From Bacteriovoracaceae bacterium (GTDB lineage: Bacteria; Bdellovibrionota; Bacteriovoracia; Bacteriovoracales; Bacteriovoracaceae), in assembly GCA_947448495.1 (NCBI GenBank), contig CANFNX010000001.1, positions 1-52,384 on the forward strand: a stretch of 52,384 nt of DNA, read 5' to 3'. Every line of letters begins with the position of its first letter. The first letter of the stretch is position 1. A model generated the notes under the pieces. The model saw nothing but the letters and a program-made list of their open reading frames with translations. It searched no databases and was not told the origin of the DNA. Positions 8,665 to 18,743 of the stretch are shown here, piece by piece. Both the position numbers and the translations under genes were made by a program.

Positions 8665-9717
8665 ATGAAAATGCTTATGATCATAATCACTCTGATGCTT
8701 AATCTGACTGCGTGGTCACAAACCACTCCACCCAAAACCACAATAGATACTGTAAAAGAAGTTTTCCTTAAAGGCAGTATTGATGGGGACAGTATGTTCA
8801 TGGTTCTAGGGACTGCTGATGGCTTCAAGATGTCAAAAGACATGATGAAAGACGCCATCAACATGGAGGATCTCACAAAGCTTGGTGATGAAATTGATGA
8901 TGTCAAAGACGCCGCTAAAGGTTTTCAAAATGTTCTCAAAAAGCCATGGAAGTCCTTAAAGAAAATACCAAAGGCCTACAAGGTTGATTTACAGAAAGCT
9001 CAAGACGCTTACTACAGTGCGGACACACAAATTTCAGGTGTTTTAAAATATAGTGGGTGGGCGGTATGGGCGCAAGTTGAAGGTGCTTACTACCTTGTGA
9101 TTGAGGCGCCAGTGGTGATGGCGGCCCAAACCATCGGTCACTCTGTGGCAGTTGCCTGGGAAATCACTGCTCTTAGCTTACGAGTGACTTGGGATGTGAT
9201 TAAACCGGCCTTTGCTTTTATCGCCTCTACTGCCGTAATGACTTATGCCACGCTTTCGTCAGGAATTGCGACCACGGCAACACTTATTGCCGCCGGTGGT
9301 GTCGCGGCCTTCAAAGGTGGAAAATGGTTAATTGTTGAAATGCCAAGCAAACTCTTCAAACCCGTCTCTGTTGAAATCGCCACCAACTATAATTACGACG
9401 AGCAAGAAAAACTGGCAGAAAAAGTGAAGTCATTTCTTGAAAATCACGGTGATGTTTTTGGAGATAAGGTATCTGTCGAATCAGATGTCAAAAAATACAA
9501 ATCAGACTTTTCGATCACTTTTGAAAAAAACGGTATGAACGCTTTTGAATTAAGAACTGTTATTAAGAATAAAAAAGTTGATCTTAAACTCGAAGTAAAA
9601 AGGGCCTATTTAAAGGCGATGAGAGCTGAGAATCCAAGCTTAGGCCGTAAAGAAGTTAAAGAAAAATTGATGAATGAAATGAAAGAAATTCTCTCCCAAG
9701 TGGTTGAGCAGGCGTAA
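8665..9717 (+). CDS. Secreted hypothetical protein with a long central hydrophobic Ala-rich segment
   Basis: GGGAG RBS before ATG 8665; signal peptide; long open frame. Confidence 0.8.
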   Translation: MKMLMIIITLMLNLTAWSQTTPPKTTIDTVKEVFLKGSIDGDSMFMVLGTADGFKMSKDMMKDAINMEDLTKLGDEIDDVKDAAKGFQNVLKKPWKSLKKIPKAYKVDLQKAQDAYYSADTQISGVLKYSGWAVWAQVEGAYYLVIEAPVVMAAQTIGHSVAVAWEITALSLRVTWDVIKPAFAFIASTAVMTYATLSSGIATTATLIAAGGVAAFKGGKWLIVEMPSKLFKPVSVEIATNYNYDEQEKLAEKVKSFLENHGDVFGDKVSVESDVKKYKSDFSITFEKNGMNAFELRTVIKNKKVDLKLEVKRAYLKAMRAENPSLGRKEVKEKLMNEMKEILSQVVEQA

Positions 9718-9733
9718 AACAACATCCCGCGAG

Positions 9734-10315
9734 CTAACCCTCGCGGGATTTTTTTATGATTCTATTCAACGTTTCAGGGCTGATTCCCAAAAAAGAGGCC
9801 ACATGCAACTGAGGCAAGCGCTTTAACAAATGAGGAAAATTCTTGCAAAAGTTTTCATACCGCTCCTGAGCACTAAAAAGCAAAAGCTGCTCTTCCCTTT
9901 TGGTCTTAATAATAAAATTAAATTCCGCAATTCGACGACCGAGCTCCTGCCACCCAGGATGCCTCTGATAAAGATCTTGAATATTCTTATAATCCGTAAC
10001 AAAAATTGATGAATCTTCTAGCGCCTGGATACTAAAATTTGACTGCTCACCAACGAGTATTGAAGTAAAGGACATAACGAGCTCATTTTCAACTTTAAAG
10101 GTTTGGTTAAATTCCTCACCTTCAAAGGTCGTGTAAAAATAACGAACAAGTCCTTTTTCTACAAAACCAAAATCCGTAGAGAAGTTTCCTGACAAAAGGA
10201 AGTAATCTCCCTTTTTGAAGTGCTTCAAATGAAAAAGAGACAGAAAAAAATCCCACTCTTTTTGCGGAAGAGTCGTGAGCTTCATCAGGTCTTGGATCAC
10301 AATCTCTAGACTCAT
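9734..10315 (-). CDS. Crp/Fnr family transcriptional regulator
   Basis: cNMP-binding GFVEKGLVRYFY...IQALEDS; C-terminal HVASFLGISPETLNRI HTH. Confidence 0.92.
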   Translation of the reverse strand: MSLEIVIQDLMKLTTLPQKEWDFFLSLFHLKHFKKGDYFLLSGNFSTDFGFVEKGLVRYFYTTFEGEEFNQTFKVENELVMSFTSILVGEQSNFSIQALEDSSIFVTDYKNIQDLYQRHPGWQELGRRIAEFNFIIKTKREEQLLLFSAQERYENFCKNFPHLLKRLPQLHVASFLGISPETLNRIIKKSREG

Positions 10316-11493
10316 GCTTTTTTTACAACCTTATAAGTCCCTTGCTGAGAGGCAACCTCGAGTCCAGTTTTTTTCCGGTAGTTATAGATCAGTTTGCGGA
10401 GTCTGCCTTCAGTCTGTTCACTCAGCTCCTCTTGCCAGAGAAGATGAATCAATTCAGATTTTTTTAAAGAGCGATGCACTTGCTCAAAAATATAGGCAAG
10501 CTTATCGCCATCTGTTTTTAACGATTGAAAGTGTCCCCTATCCAACTCCAAGGACTCATCTGATCGGGCAAGGACCAGCGCCTCGGAGAAGAGATTCTTC
10601 TCCCCCGCGTAAGTAAATCCTGAGGTATAAAGATCCGGATGATGGTGGGCCAATTTCTCCCAGATTTTTTCGGCGTCTTTATGATCTCCCGCAATTAAGG
10701 CCTTCAACACTTCAACTTGCTGGGCCATCTCGGGAAAGTCCGCATAATCTTTAGAATAGAGATAAAGCGGCCGCTTTTTGACGATAAATTCAAAAAGGCT
10801 TTTCATGTAAGGATAATTAACTTTGGCAAGAAAGCCTGCACTGACTCGGTAGTTTTCCAGCACCTCTTCACACTCTTTAAATTCACCGTAAAAAAAATGA
10901 TAATAAAATTTTAACACCAGCAGTGAAGGCCGGTAAAAGTCCACGAGCTCAGTTTTCTGCGATAAAATGCTCTCAAGTTTATCAATTCCACTTTCAAAAT
11001 GGCTCTTATGAGAAGCATAAACGAGTAAGGCATGCTCTTTCATAAGATGCAAGGACTCATAAGAAGCAGTGAGTTTTTCTAACTCCCTGGCAACTGGATC
11101 AGCTTGAGAGAGCTGTCTCTTATTAGCATAAGCGAGAATGATCGCTGAGTAGACATGAATCAAAAAGAGATCAGATTCTGCCTCATGAAATTTTTTAACC
11201 GAAGCATAGAGATGCTCTAGACTGAATTCAAAGGCCCCATAATGGTTGTGAGTGCGGCCGAGAAGATAAAGTCTCACGCCTTCATAAAAAGCGTCAGGGG
11301 ATTTGAAACTTTTAAGAATGTCAAAGAGCTCTTTTTTTTGATTTTTTTTATAAAGATGCGCGGCATGAAGTAATTTCTTTTCGTGCTGACTCCAGCTCCC
11401 TGTTCGGAAGCGATAAGTAAATTTTCGAGGGTCCTCGGTAAGTGCCAGGTAAGTTTCAAAAAAATAGTGATAGGATTCTTTAGTTGAAGCCAT
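10312..11493 (-). CDS. TPR-like protein with C-terminal winged-helix DNA-binding domain
   Basis: Helical repeats; KSELIHLLW...RLRKLIYNYRKK...GTYKV resembles the OmpR C-terminal domain. Confidence 0.65.
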   Translation of the reverse strand: MASTKESYHYFFETYLALTEDPRKFTYRFRTGSWSQHEKKLLHAAHLYKKNQKKELFDILKSFKSPDAFYEGVRLYLLGRTHNHYGAFEFSLEHLYASVKKFHEAESDLFLIHVYSAIILAYANKRQLSQADPVARELEKLTASYESLHLMKEHALLVYASHKSHFESGIDKLESILSQKTELVDFYRPSLLVLKFYYHFFYGEFKECEEVLENYRVSAGFLAKVNYPYMKSLFEFIVKKRPLYLYSKDYADFPEMAQQVEVLKALIAGDHKDAEKIWEKLAHHHPDLYTSGFTYAGEKNLFSEALVLARSDESLELDRGHFQSLKTDGDKLAYIFEQVHRSLKKSELIHLLWQEELSEQTEGRLRKLIYNYRKKTGLEVASQQGTYKVVKKA

Positions 11494-11902
11494 AGAGACT
11501 CACCACTTCTTCCAAAAGTGGTATTTTGCGAAGTCTTTCATCAAAAGAATGACAGACCATGGAACTTTCTTTGACCGACTTGTATTCTGCAAGAATTTGC
11601 TCTAAGACAGCGTGCTCTCTATCTCCACACAACATAGGTAATTTATCCGGAGATTTTTGAAGGACTGAGGAATATGACTTAATTTTCATGACTTCGAGGA
11701 ATGCAAAAAAATCATCTAATTTTGAATAGTCTCTCTTCATTTCTAGCATAAAGAGTTTTTCAAGCCGCGTGACGGACTTCAAAGCATCCTGACAGCGTTC
11801 AACATTCGGATTGGTATCAGGTCCACCTGTATGGACTTGTGCCTCAACACAGTTCGCTGTTAATCCCAAGATGATGACAAAACACGGGGCAAGGTATTTC
11901 AT
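11480..11902 (-). CDS. Secreted hypothetical protein
   Basis: Signal peptide; overlaps the next gene. Confidence 0.7.
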   Translation of the reverse strand: MKYLAPCFVIILGLTANCVEAQVHTGGPDTNPNVERCQDALKSVTRLEKLFMLEMKRDYSKLDDFFAFLEVMKIKSYSSVLQKSPDKLPMLCGDREHAVLEQILAEYKSVKESSMVCHSFDERLRKIPLLEEVVSLYGFN

Positions 11903-11909
11903 AAGGAGC

Positions 11910-11936
11910 TTATCGGAAAAGTGGCTTAGAACTTGA
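11910..11936 (-). promoter_or_regulatory. Sigma-28 (FliA) promoter, probably giving a leaderless mRNA
   Basis: TCAAG-N15-CCGATAA ending 7 nt before the ATG. Confidence 0.65.
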
Positions 11937-12021
11937 GCATTTCAATTTTGACTTAGGACGACTGGAAATTGCATCAATTGAATCATTTATAGTTCTCAAG
12001 GCCCTGAATGGGAGATGACCT

Positions 12022-15000
12022 TTACTCAAGTTCTTTGATTTTTTTACCTAGTCGCTCTATTTCATTTTGAATATCAATTGGAAAATCTTTTTTATCCAGC
12101 TCACCCGATGTGATTCTTTTTTCCAAACGTTGCAAATCTTCTATCTTCTCATTCAGCTCATTTTTAAATTTAACTTTGCCAGCAGGATTCTCATTATAAA
12201 AGCTCACCTTGCGATCTAACTCTTTCGGAGCAAAGCTTCCAGAACTGACATCATCAGAAACTGTTTTGTAGTTGTCGATCAATCTTTTAGTATCGGCCCG
12301 CTCAGAACGCAGCTTATCTAATTCTTGGTCTATATTTTTCATCCCATTATTGAGATTGATGGCTTCATTTGATCGGGCCTCATCAAGGGCTTTCCCAGAG
12401 CGATTTCTAATATCTAAGAGATCTTGCTTTTGTTTTAAAAGCTTTTCCTCAAGTCTATCGAAAGCGGCTCCTTTTTCTTTAAGTGGTTTTTTACTGATCT
12501 CTCCTATTTCGGCTTCTATTTTTTCATACTTAGATGATGAATAAATGTCGTTAATCATTTTTTTATCATGAGCGAGATCAACTGCAACTGGAGCTTGGGT
12601 TGCGCTTGGAGATGCTGAAAGGCCAGGTGCATTTTTATAAGTCGCCTTAATCTCATTTAATTCTAGGGATTTTGGATACATAATTTCTACATACTCGAGC
12701 TGCTGATCAATCTCTTTTTTCATCTTTCTATATTTTGGATCAGAAACCATTTTCTTCATGCATTCGTCTTTCTGTAGCAACAAATTTCGATACTCATCTT
12801 TTAAATGAGACGCCTTATTTGGGTCCGCCTTATATTCATTCTTAAGTTTGCCCAAATCCGATTCGCTGTACTTAGGCTTAAACTCATCCACATTGACTTC
12901 GCCGAGAATGCGATTCTCTTTACTGGCCAAGTTTCTCACTTGCTCCCTTGCCACATCATCAGGAACTCCCAGTTTCTTTAATTCAGTCTGGAGGTCTACT
13001 AAATCACGCTTCTTGCCCATCAGAACTTCATCAACCGCACCATTATTATTCTTATGAACAGCGTACATCTTATCTAAAAGATCTTTTTGCTTATCAGCAG
13101 GTAATTTATTAAAGTTTGATTTTTCTTTGAAATCATTCCAAGCGTCTTTTTTGTGACCCTCGAGACCATCAAAGTAAGCTTTAGATTCATCCACCTTCCC
13201 AACATTTTTAAGCTCTTCGGCCTTCTCCATTTTTTCTGCGCCAGAGGCAATCTTTTCAACTGTTTTACTTCCGCCACCTGCGGCTTCATAACCTAATTGA
13301 TAAGACTTCTCACTAATTCTATTCATGACTTCAAGAGGCTTTTTGATAACGGCTACTGGCCTTGATTCAAGAATTTTTGTCGCGATTTCTTGAGTTTTAA
13401 TAAATGATTTAGTCGCCTTTAATTTTGAAAATGATTCTTTGGCGACATTGAACGACTCACGTAAAATGGCACGAGTTTTGGTACCAGCTTCCGCAATTTT
13501 TGTCAGGACAGAGAGTTTTTTTAATTTTTGTATATCATATAGGCCTTCAACGGCAGAAACGACTTTTTGGTATTTTCCGGATGCTTTTAGGCTGACGCGT
13601 AATGCGCGCAGTCCTTCAGCGGCTTTTTCACCTACTGCAGCTGCAGCTCCTGCTCCTGTCATAAAAGCACCGGCCTCAGCGAGAATTATCCCTCCGGCAC
13701 GACAAAGCCCCTGCGCCAGAGCGCCACACCCGACGCAACCAAAGTCTTTGAGAGGCTCCATGCACTTTTTGTCTGGATTGAGATTATTTTCCCAACCTGA
13801 ATCTTGGCAGAAGATATCTGACTTCACAAAATTTGTGATCAAATTCCAAATCCCACTTGCTTTCTCTTTCACCCATTCTAAAGGACTATGAGACGCATGA
13901 TCTTTTTCAGCATTACTCATCTGATTAATGTGATTCTGCTTATCTGATGTTACATCCTCCACACCAGTGAGTTTATCCCACATCCAATTGGCGCCAGTTT
14001 TAATCATCCCCCAAATATCCTTCACCATACCAATGAGGTACTTCACCATCGCTGTTGCCAGCTGGGCCATGCAATTATTTTCTCGCGTAAGGCAATTTTG
14101 ATTTTTTGGAGTTAGCCCTAAAAATGTCGCTGCTCCTCCAACAGTTGATGAAAGCAGCATACACCCCATTTCAGCACCACATTTCTTCGAATGTTCAACT
14201 TTCTCTTGGGGAGTGCAATCCATTTTTCCGGCAGCGTCGATGGCCTTGGCCGCCAAGTCATCATGCTCACTATTAGGCCCACAATGAGTTTTGAGATCAT
14301 GATCAAGACTGGACTCTAATTTTGTTAGAACATCGCCTGATTTTTTGATCCGAGTCGCAAGAGCATGACAGAGTTTTTCTTTTTCTGGTTTTATAGGTGA
14401 AGTAAGACAACTGTGATCAAATTTATTTTTGTCTTCCTGGAGGTCCCCGAGCAGTGATTCAAAAGCACGGTTCTTATCCTCTTCATCACCATGAGCGAGC
14501 GCCTGCTGAGCTTCGGGCAAGTGAGTGGGCCGCAGATTAGGAACGTATTTTTCCATTTTCTGTTTAATCGCCGCACACATTCCACTTCCCATCTGTGAGC
14601 CATTTCCAGCATTACAAACTTCATTAATGGTTTGAGTGGCGTCCACAAATTCGCTATCGGATACTTGATCGACGATCTGGTCTAATTGCCGGTCTTCAGT
14701 TCTAAATTTATTCTCACACTGCTGGTAAGCTCCACTAACTTTAGAACCAGAAATATCGACACATAAATCAGTTCCAAACAGGGCCGGATTACAAAGCAAT
14801 TGGCCTTCACCGGAACATTGATTGTAATTTTTGTAATTCTCATTCGCCTTACGAGGGTCAGTACAATATCGTTTCCCATTGATAGGACCGCCCAAGGTTG
14901 ACGGCCAGCCACCATATAAACAGTCGTAAGAGGCGTCTGAGGCATAGGCATAGAAAAAATTCGGAGTTTTCATCTTCCAAACTGAACTAGTAAACTTTTG

Positions 15001-15171
15001 AAATTCATAGTCGCTTGATTCGGATTGGGATTTCAAAAATTCACGATAGATTTTTAAGACTTCTATGCGCTGTTCGCGGGGCAGTTCCGACAAACGAAAA
15101 CTCTCAAGAACTTCGACCGCCATCACTTGGAGGGAGTTCAAAAATAGGAGGAAAAATAAGCACCATTTCAT
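12022..15171 (-). CDS. Large secreted Cys-rich protein with toxin-like architecture
   Basis: Signal peptide; Cys-rich N-terminal half (CLYGGWPS, LCNPALFG); hydrophobic Gly/Ala segment; charged helical C terminus. Confidence 0.8.
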   Translation of the reverse strand: MKWCLFFLLFLNSLQVMAVEVLESFRLSELPREQRIEVLKIYREFLKSQSESSDYEFQKFTSSVWKMKTPNFFYAYASDASYDCLYGGWPSTLGGPINGKRYCTDPRKANENYKNYNQCSGEGQLLCNPALFGTDLCVDISGSKVSGAYQQCENKFRTEDRQLDQIVDQVSDSEFVDATQTINEVCNAGNGSQMGSGMCAAIKQKMEKYVPNLRPTHLPEAQQALAHGDEEDKNRAFESLLGDLQEDKNKFDHSCLTSPIKPEKEKLCHALATRIKKSGDVLTKLESSLDHDLKTHCGPNSEHDDLAAKAIDAAGKMDCTPQEKVEHSKKCGAEMGCMLLSSTVGGAATFLGLTPKNQNCLTRENNCMAQLATAMVKYLIGMVKDIWGMIKTGANWMWDKLTGVEDVTSDKQNHINQMSNAEKDHASHSPLEWVKEKASGIWNLITNFVKSDIFCQDSGWENNLNPDKKCMEPLKDFGCVGCGALAQGLCRAGGIILAEAGAFMTGAGAAAAVGEKAAEGLRALRVSLKASGKYQKVVSAVEGLYDIQKLKKLSVLTKIAEAGTKTRAILRESFNVAKESFSKLKATKSFIKTQEIATKILESRPVAVIKKPLEVMNRISEKSYQLGYEAAGGGSKTVEKIASGAEKMEKAEELKNVGKVDESKAYFDGLEGHKKDAWNDFKEKSNFNKLPADKQKDLLDKMYAVHKNNNGAVDEVLMGKKRDLVDLQTELKKLGVPDDVAREQVRNLASKENRILGEVNVDEFKPKYSESDLGKLKNEYKADPNKASHLKDEYRNLLLQKDECMKKMVSDPKYRKMKKEIDQQLEYVEIMYPKSLELNEIKATYKNAPGLSASPSATQAPVAVDLAHDKKMINDIYSSSKYEKIEAEIGEISKKPLKEKGAAFDRLEEKLLKQKQDLLDIRNRSGKALDEARSNEAINLNNGMKNIDQELDKLRSERADTKRLIDNYKTVSDDVSSGSFAPKELDRKVSFYNENPAGKVKFKNELNEKIEDLQRLEKRITSGELDKKDFPIDIQNEIERLGKKIKELE

Positions 15172-15200
15172 ATCTCTTCATTTCGGCTAAAATACTAAAA

Positions 15201-15734
15201 ATGATTAAATTTTTTGTGATTTTTTGCTTATTTAACTTGAAGCTCTTTGCTCAGACCCTAAAGCCTTGGTCTACCGAGGATGAAGGGATCAGGTTATCAA
15301 CCATTTACCCCTCTTCACTGAGTTTTGATAAAAATCTTCTTGGCCTACCTAATGTTTGGACAAGCCCATTTGTGGAGGGCAAAGGCCGATCTTCCCTCAG
15401 TCTTACAATAACTCCTGCCTCGAGTTCAGGATGGAATGCAGAGCTTTTGAAAAAAACAGAAGCCGAATATCAGGATGGTAGAAAGAAATGGGCCAGTGAG
15501 AGAAATTATAAAATCATTTCTTTCCTCCCTTTATCAACTGCAAAAAATAAAAATGGCATTCCCATGCATACCGTAGGCCTTAACTATGAAATTAATGGTG
15601 TAGAGCAAATGGAAATCAGTATCTTTTTGGAAGTTAAAACAAAATTAGCTCATGCAAAATTTATAGGTCCAAAGTCATCAGATCAATGGAAGCAAATGAA
15701 AACAATTTTAGATGAACTTAAAATCATTCCTTAA
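15201..15734 (+). CDS. Secreted hypothetical protein (possibly PsbP/DcrB-like)
   Basis: The signal peptide begins at ATG 15201; the longer ORF overlaps the divergent gene. Confidence 0.7.
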   Translation: MIKFFVIFCLFNLKLFAQTLKPWSTEDEGIRLSTIYPSSLSFDKNLLGLPNVWTSPFVEGKGRSSLSLTITPASSSGWNAELLKKTEAEYQDGRKKWASERNYKIISFLPLSTAKNKNGIPMHTVGLNYEINGVEQMEISIFLEVKTKLAHAKFIGPKSSDQWKQMKTILDELKIIP

Positions 15735-15745
15735 AAGAAGAGATC

Positions 15746-16243
15746 ATGAAAAAGAAATTAGTACCCGTCATCATTACGACCTTAACACTCATCTGTGTCT
15801 CAGTGCTCGTTTCGCTACCACGTAATTGGGAAGAAGCCATAATTGGTGCAACCTCGGAAACAGCTTTTATCATGCCAAAAGCGTTTTATAGATCCTATAT
15901 CTCTCTCACTCATCCTTTTAAGGGTGATGATTATAATCAGCTCGGGCTCGCTCCATTACACTCTGCGATTGCTTCCTGCGCTGGTCATTTTCGGCATGAT
16001 CCATATTGTCCAGAGCTCATTGAAAATATTCTTAAAAGTGGCGCCAAAGTAAATTCGCCTCTAAAAAACAAGCTTGGACTTTGTCCACTTCATCTCAGTG
16101 TTCTTCATAATGACCAAGACCTCTTTAATTTTCTCATCAAACACGGAGCCGACCCTGAAGCCAAAGCCGAGGGTGAAAAATTTAAGGATCAAAATGTGTA
16201 TCAATTCGCCCAAAAACTAGAAAGTCCAAATTTTCTTAAGTAG
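15746..16243 (+). CDS. Membrane-anchored or exported ankyrin-repeat protein
   Basis: N-terminal TM; GLAPLHSA, GLCPLHLSV, LIKHGAD. Confidence 0.85.
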   Translation: MKKKLVPVIITTLTLICVSVLVSLPRNWEEAIIGATSETAFIMPKAFYRSYISLTHPFKGDDYNQLGLAPLHSAIASCAGHFRHDPYCPELIENILKSGAKVNSPLKNKLGLCPLHLSVLHNDQDLFNFLIKHGADPEAKAEGEKFKDQNVYQFAQKLESPNFLK

Positions 16244-16248
16244 TCGGA

Positions 16249-17067
16249 ATGAAAATCTTCTCTATTTTAAATTTATGCGCTTTAATTTTTTATGCCTCAG
16301 ATAGCTGCGCACTCACAAATTCGGTTGTTGAAGCTCTTGACTATCAAAAATCAGAAATTAAAAAAGCGATCGGAATTGAAGTGAAGATAGAGGTAAGAGG
16401 CGAAGAAACTCAACTTGCGCAATCTGATAGAAACCTCATCTATGCTATAAACCAAATCGGATCGAGTATACCCTACCTCTGTCACGATTACTTTAATAAA
16501 CGTTGGTTTGAAAAAAATTTAAAAAATATTACTTTCCTCTTAGATAATGGTTCAAACATTGTGGACTTAAACTTTGAGGCAGGCAGTATTAAAGCTAAAT
16601 TAAATCCTAACAAAGAAACGGTCGTTGCCGGAGTTCAAGAAATTGAAAATAAAATACGGCAGTGGATTCCTCGATTAGGACCAGGACCACTTTGGGGAAA
16701 AAATCATTTTGAGTATCTGCAGAAAGAATTTAAAACTTATTTAAAAAGAAATATTGAAGTCAATATCGACTGGAACAGTTTAGAAAATCACCCTTTTGAG
16801 TCTTCAGAAGCACTTGTCTCAATTGGTAAACAAGTTCTTGAAGCAATGACTCGATTGGGAACGACACCAGCCAAAATGAACTTCGTGAAGAAATTCCCGG
16901 AACGTATAGTGCTTAAAGTCGATTCATCGATAAAAGAAGTCTCTTACTCTTGGGATAAAGAATATCAAATGTTGATTAAGGCTTCGGGAACCTGGCTTTC
17001 ATCAGAGGCCGGGAAATTTTATGTTTTACCCAACCAAGTTTTAGAAGACTTACTTTCTAAACCATAA
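16249..17067 (+). CDS. Secreted hypothetical protein with an apparent internal two-fold repeat
   Basis: Signal peptide; EIKKAIGIEVKIEV resembles EFKTYLKRNIEVNIDW. Confidence 0.7.
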   Translation: MKIFSILNLCALIFYASDSCALTNSVVEALDYQKSEIKKAIGIEVKIEVRGEETQLAQSDRNLIYAINQIGSSIPYLCHDYFNKRWFEKNLKNITFLLDNGSNIVDLNFEAGSIKAKLNPNKETVVAGVQEIENKIRQWIPRLGPGPLWGKNHFEYLQKEFKTYLKRNIEVNIDWNSLENHPFESSEALVSIGKQVLEAMTRLGTTPAKMNFVKKFPERIVLKVDSSIKEVSYSWDKEYQMLIKASGTWLSSEAGKFYVLPNQVLEDLLSKP

Positions 17068-17078
17068 ATAGGAGTCCT

Positions 17079-17591
17079 ATGAAAAAAATTCTTTTCTTTT
17101 CACTTTCTTTGCTTTTTTCACAACTCATTTTTGCTGATCCTAATATTGGCGGGGTAAAAATGGGAGCATCTACCGAAGAATTAATAAAAAATTTACATCC
17201 AAAATTTGAATGCAAACTGAATGAAGCTGGATCTACCAAGGAAACTTGTAGAATTAGTTATTGTAACAATATGGAAGATAAAAAATGCAATCTTTGGGGT
17301 CATTCAGCTTTGGGCATAGTACGCGTTTACGCAGCACTAGAAAATAAACAGCTTTATAAAATGATCGTTGATTTGGATTATCTAAACATGCGCCCAGACC
17401 AGGCGATAAAAGTCTTAGAAGGCATTGATAAAAATGTAGGTGCAAGCACAACCTGTCCATTGAAAGATTTTATAAAAGATCAGAAAGCAACGAACCCTAA
17501 CATCCATTGTGAATGGAAATCCAAAGCAGATACACTATCACTCTATGTAGATGAAGGAAGGATGAAGCTCAAATTAGAAAAAAATAACTAA
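17079..17591 (+). CDS. Secreted Cys-containing hypothetical protein
   Basis: AGGAG RBS; signal peptide; IGGVKMG start; six Cys. Confidence 0.75.
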   Translation: MKKILFFSLSLLFSQLIFADPNIGGVKMGASTEELIKNLHPKFECKLNEAGSTKETCRISYCNNMEDKKCNLWGHSALGIVRVYAALENKQLYKMIVDLDYLNMRPDQAIKVLEGIDKNVGASTTCPLKDFIKDQKATNPNIHCEWKSKADTLSLYVDEGRMKLKLEKNN

Positions 17592-17662
17592 ATCAAAGAA
17601 TAATTTACACTCTTTTTCATAATTTTCACCCCGGCCCTTGAGATTGTATTATCTTAGGGGCC

Positions 17663-18337
17663 ATGGGCCAGAAAGCGATCTTCTTCCTCCTTTTGTTTCA
17701 TTGCTATAGCTGTTTTTCATCAACCTTGGTTGAAAAGGCCAATAATCTACTCAATGCCTTAAAGCCTGAATCAACCCATTATCAACATGGTGATCAGATT
17801 GTGCGTTGGGCGGATCAAGAACATGGTATCTCGGCCATTAGCCTAAGCGATTGCAGCGGATTTATGAATGCTCTTTTTCGCGAAACTTATGGATTTTCAC
17901 ATGAGATTTTTTTAACTTGGTCCGGAACCGAGCGGCCTTTGGCAAAAACCTATCATCAGTTAATAGAGACTCAGAATCAGTTTCAAAATATTGAAACTCT
18001 TAATGAGGTTCAGCCTGGTGATGTTGTTGCTGTTGAATACAGGGATGGAAGCGATGATACGGGACACGTGATGCTGGTGACGAGTTATCCTTTTGAGGTC
18101 AAATTGAATGAATGGAATGTTGAAATTATAGATTCCAGTAAAAGTGGTCATGGGAATACAGATTCTCGTTATGATCCTATCGAGCATCATTTTAGGGATG
18201 GACTTGGCAAGGGAACTCTCAGAATTTTTTCAAATGACCAAAAGAAAATTATTGGGCATGCCTGGAGTGATAGCATGAATTCAAAAAGACAAAATCAAGC
18301 GAACCGTCACATGGTGATCGGCCGATACGGTCATTGA
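17663..18337 (+). CDS. Secreted NlpC/P60-like cysteine hydrolase (putative peptidoglycan hydrolase)
   Basis: SDCSGF catalytic Cys; QPGDVV...TGHVML catalytic His. Confidence 0.8.
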   Translation: MGQKAIFFLLLFHCYSCFSSTLVEKANNLLNALKPESTHYQHGDQIVRWADQEHGISAISLSDCSGFMNALFRETYGFSHEIFLTWSGTERPLAKTYHQLIETQNQFQNIETLNEVQPGDVVAVEYRDGSDDTGHVMLVTSYPFEVKLNEWNVEIIDSSKSGHGNTDSRYDPIEHHFRDGLGKGTLRIFSNDQKKIIGHAWSDSMNSKRQNQANRHMVIGRYGH

Positions 18338-18743
18338 TAAGGTTAAGAAAAAACAAGAAAAACAAATTTACTCATGTTTCACTTCAATCTTACCTTCTGA
18401 AGTCTGATTGTAATATAACTCAGATTTACTTCATTGTTCAGTGTTTAGAGGGAAAACACTTCTCAATAATTTTTAAAAATCTTGTTCTAAATGCTTTCTT
18501 TTTAAATCTTAAATTCACAACGAAAGTGAGTTGATAAAAAAATTATGGTATCCATGGCCGAGGTAGCTCCCCCAAAAGCATAGGGGCAAAATGCAAGGGG
18601 TCTTGCGAAATTGGATGGATCAAAATTGATGAACTCAAAAAGAAATTAGTATTATTTAATGGCTAACAAGTCGAAGTGTTATTAAAATATTTCTTAATGA
18701 GTCATATCTTGAGTTTTCACACACTTTATAAAGGGGAGCTCCC

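Noticed and set aside
18541-18620. GC-richer structured patch in an AT-rich spacer (riboswitch or small ORF?)
   Set aside because: No match to riboswitch consensuses I know; a 38-aa minus-strand ORF is unsupported; an Rfam scan would be needed
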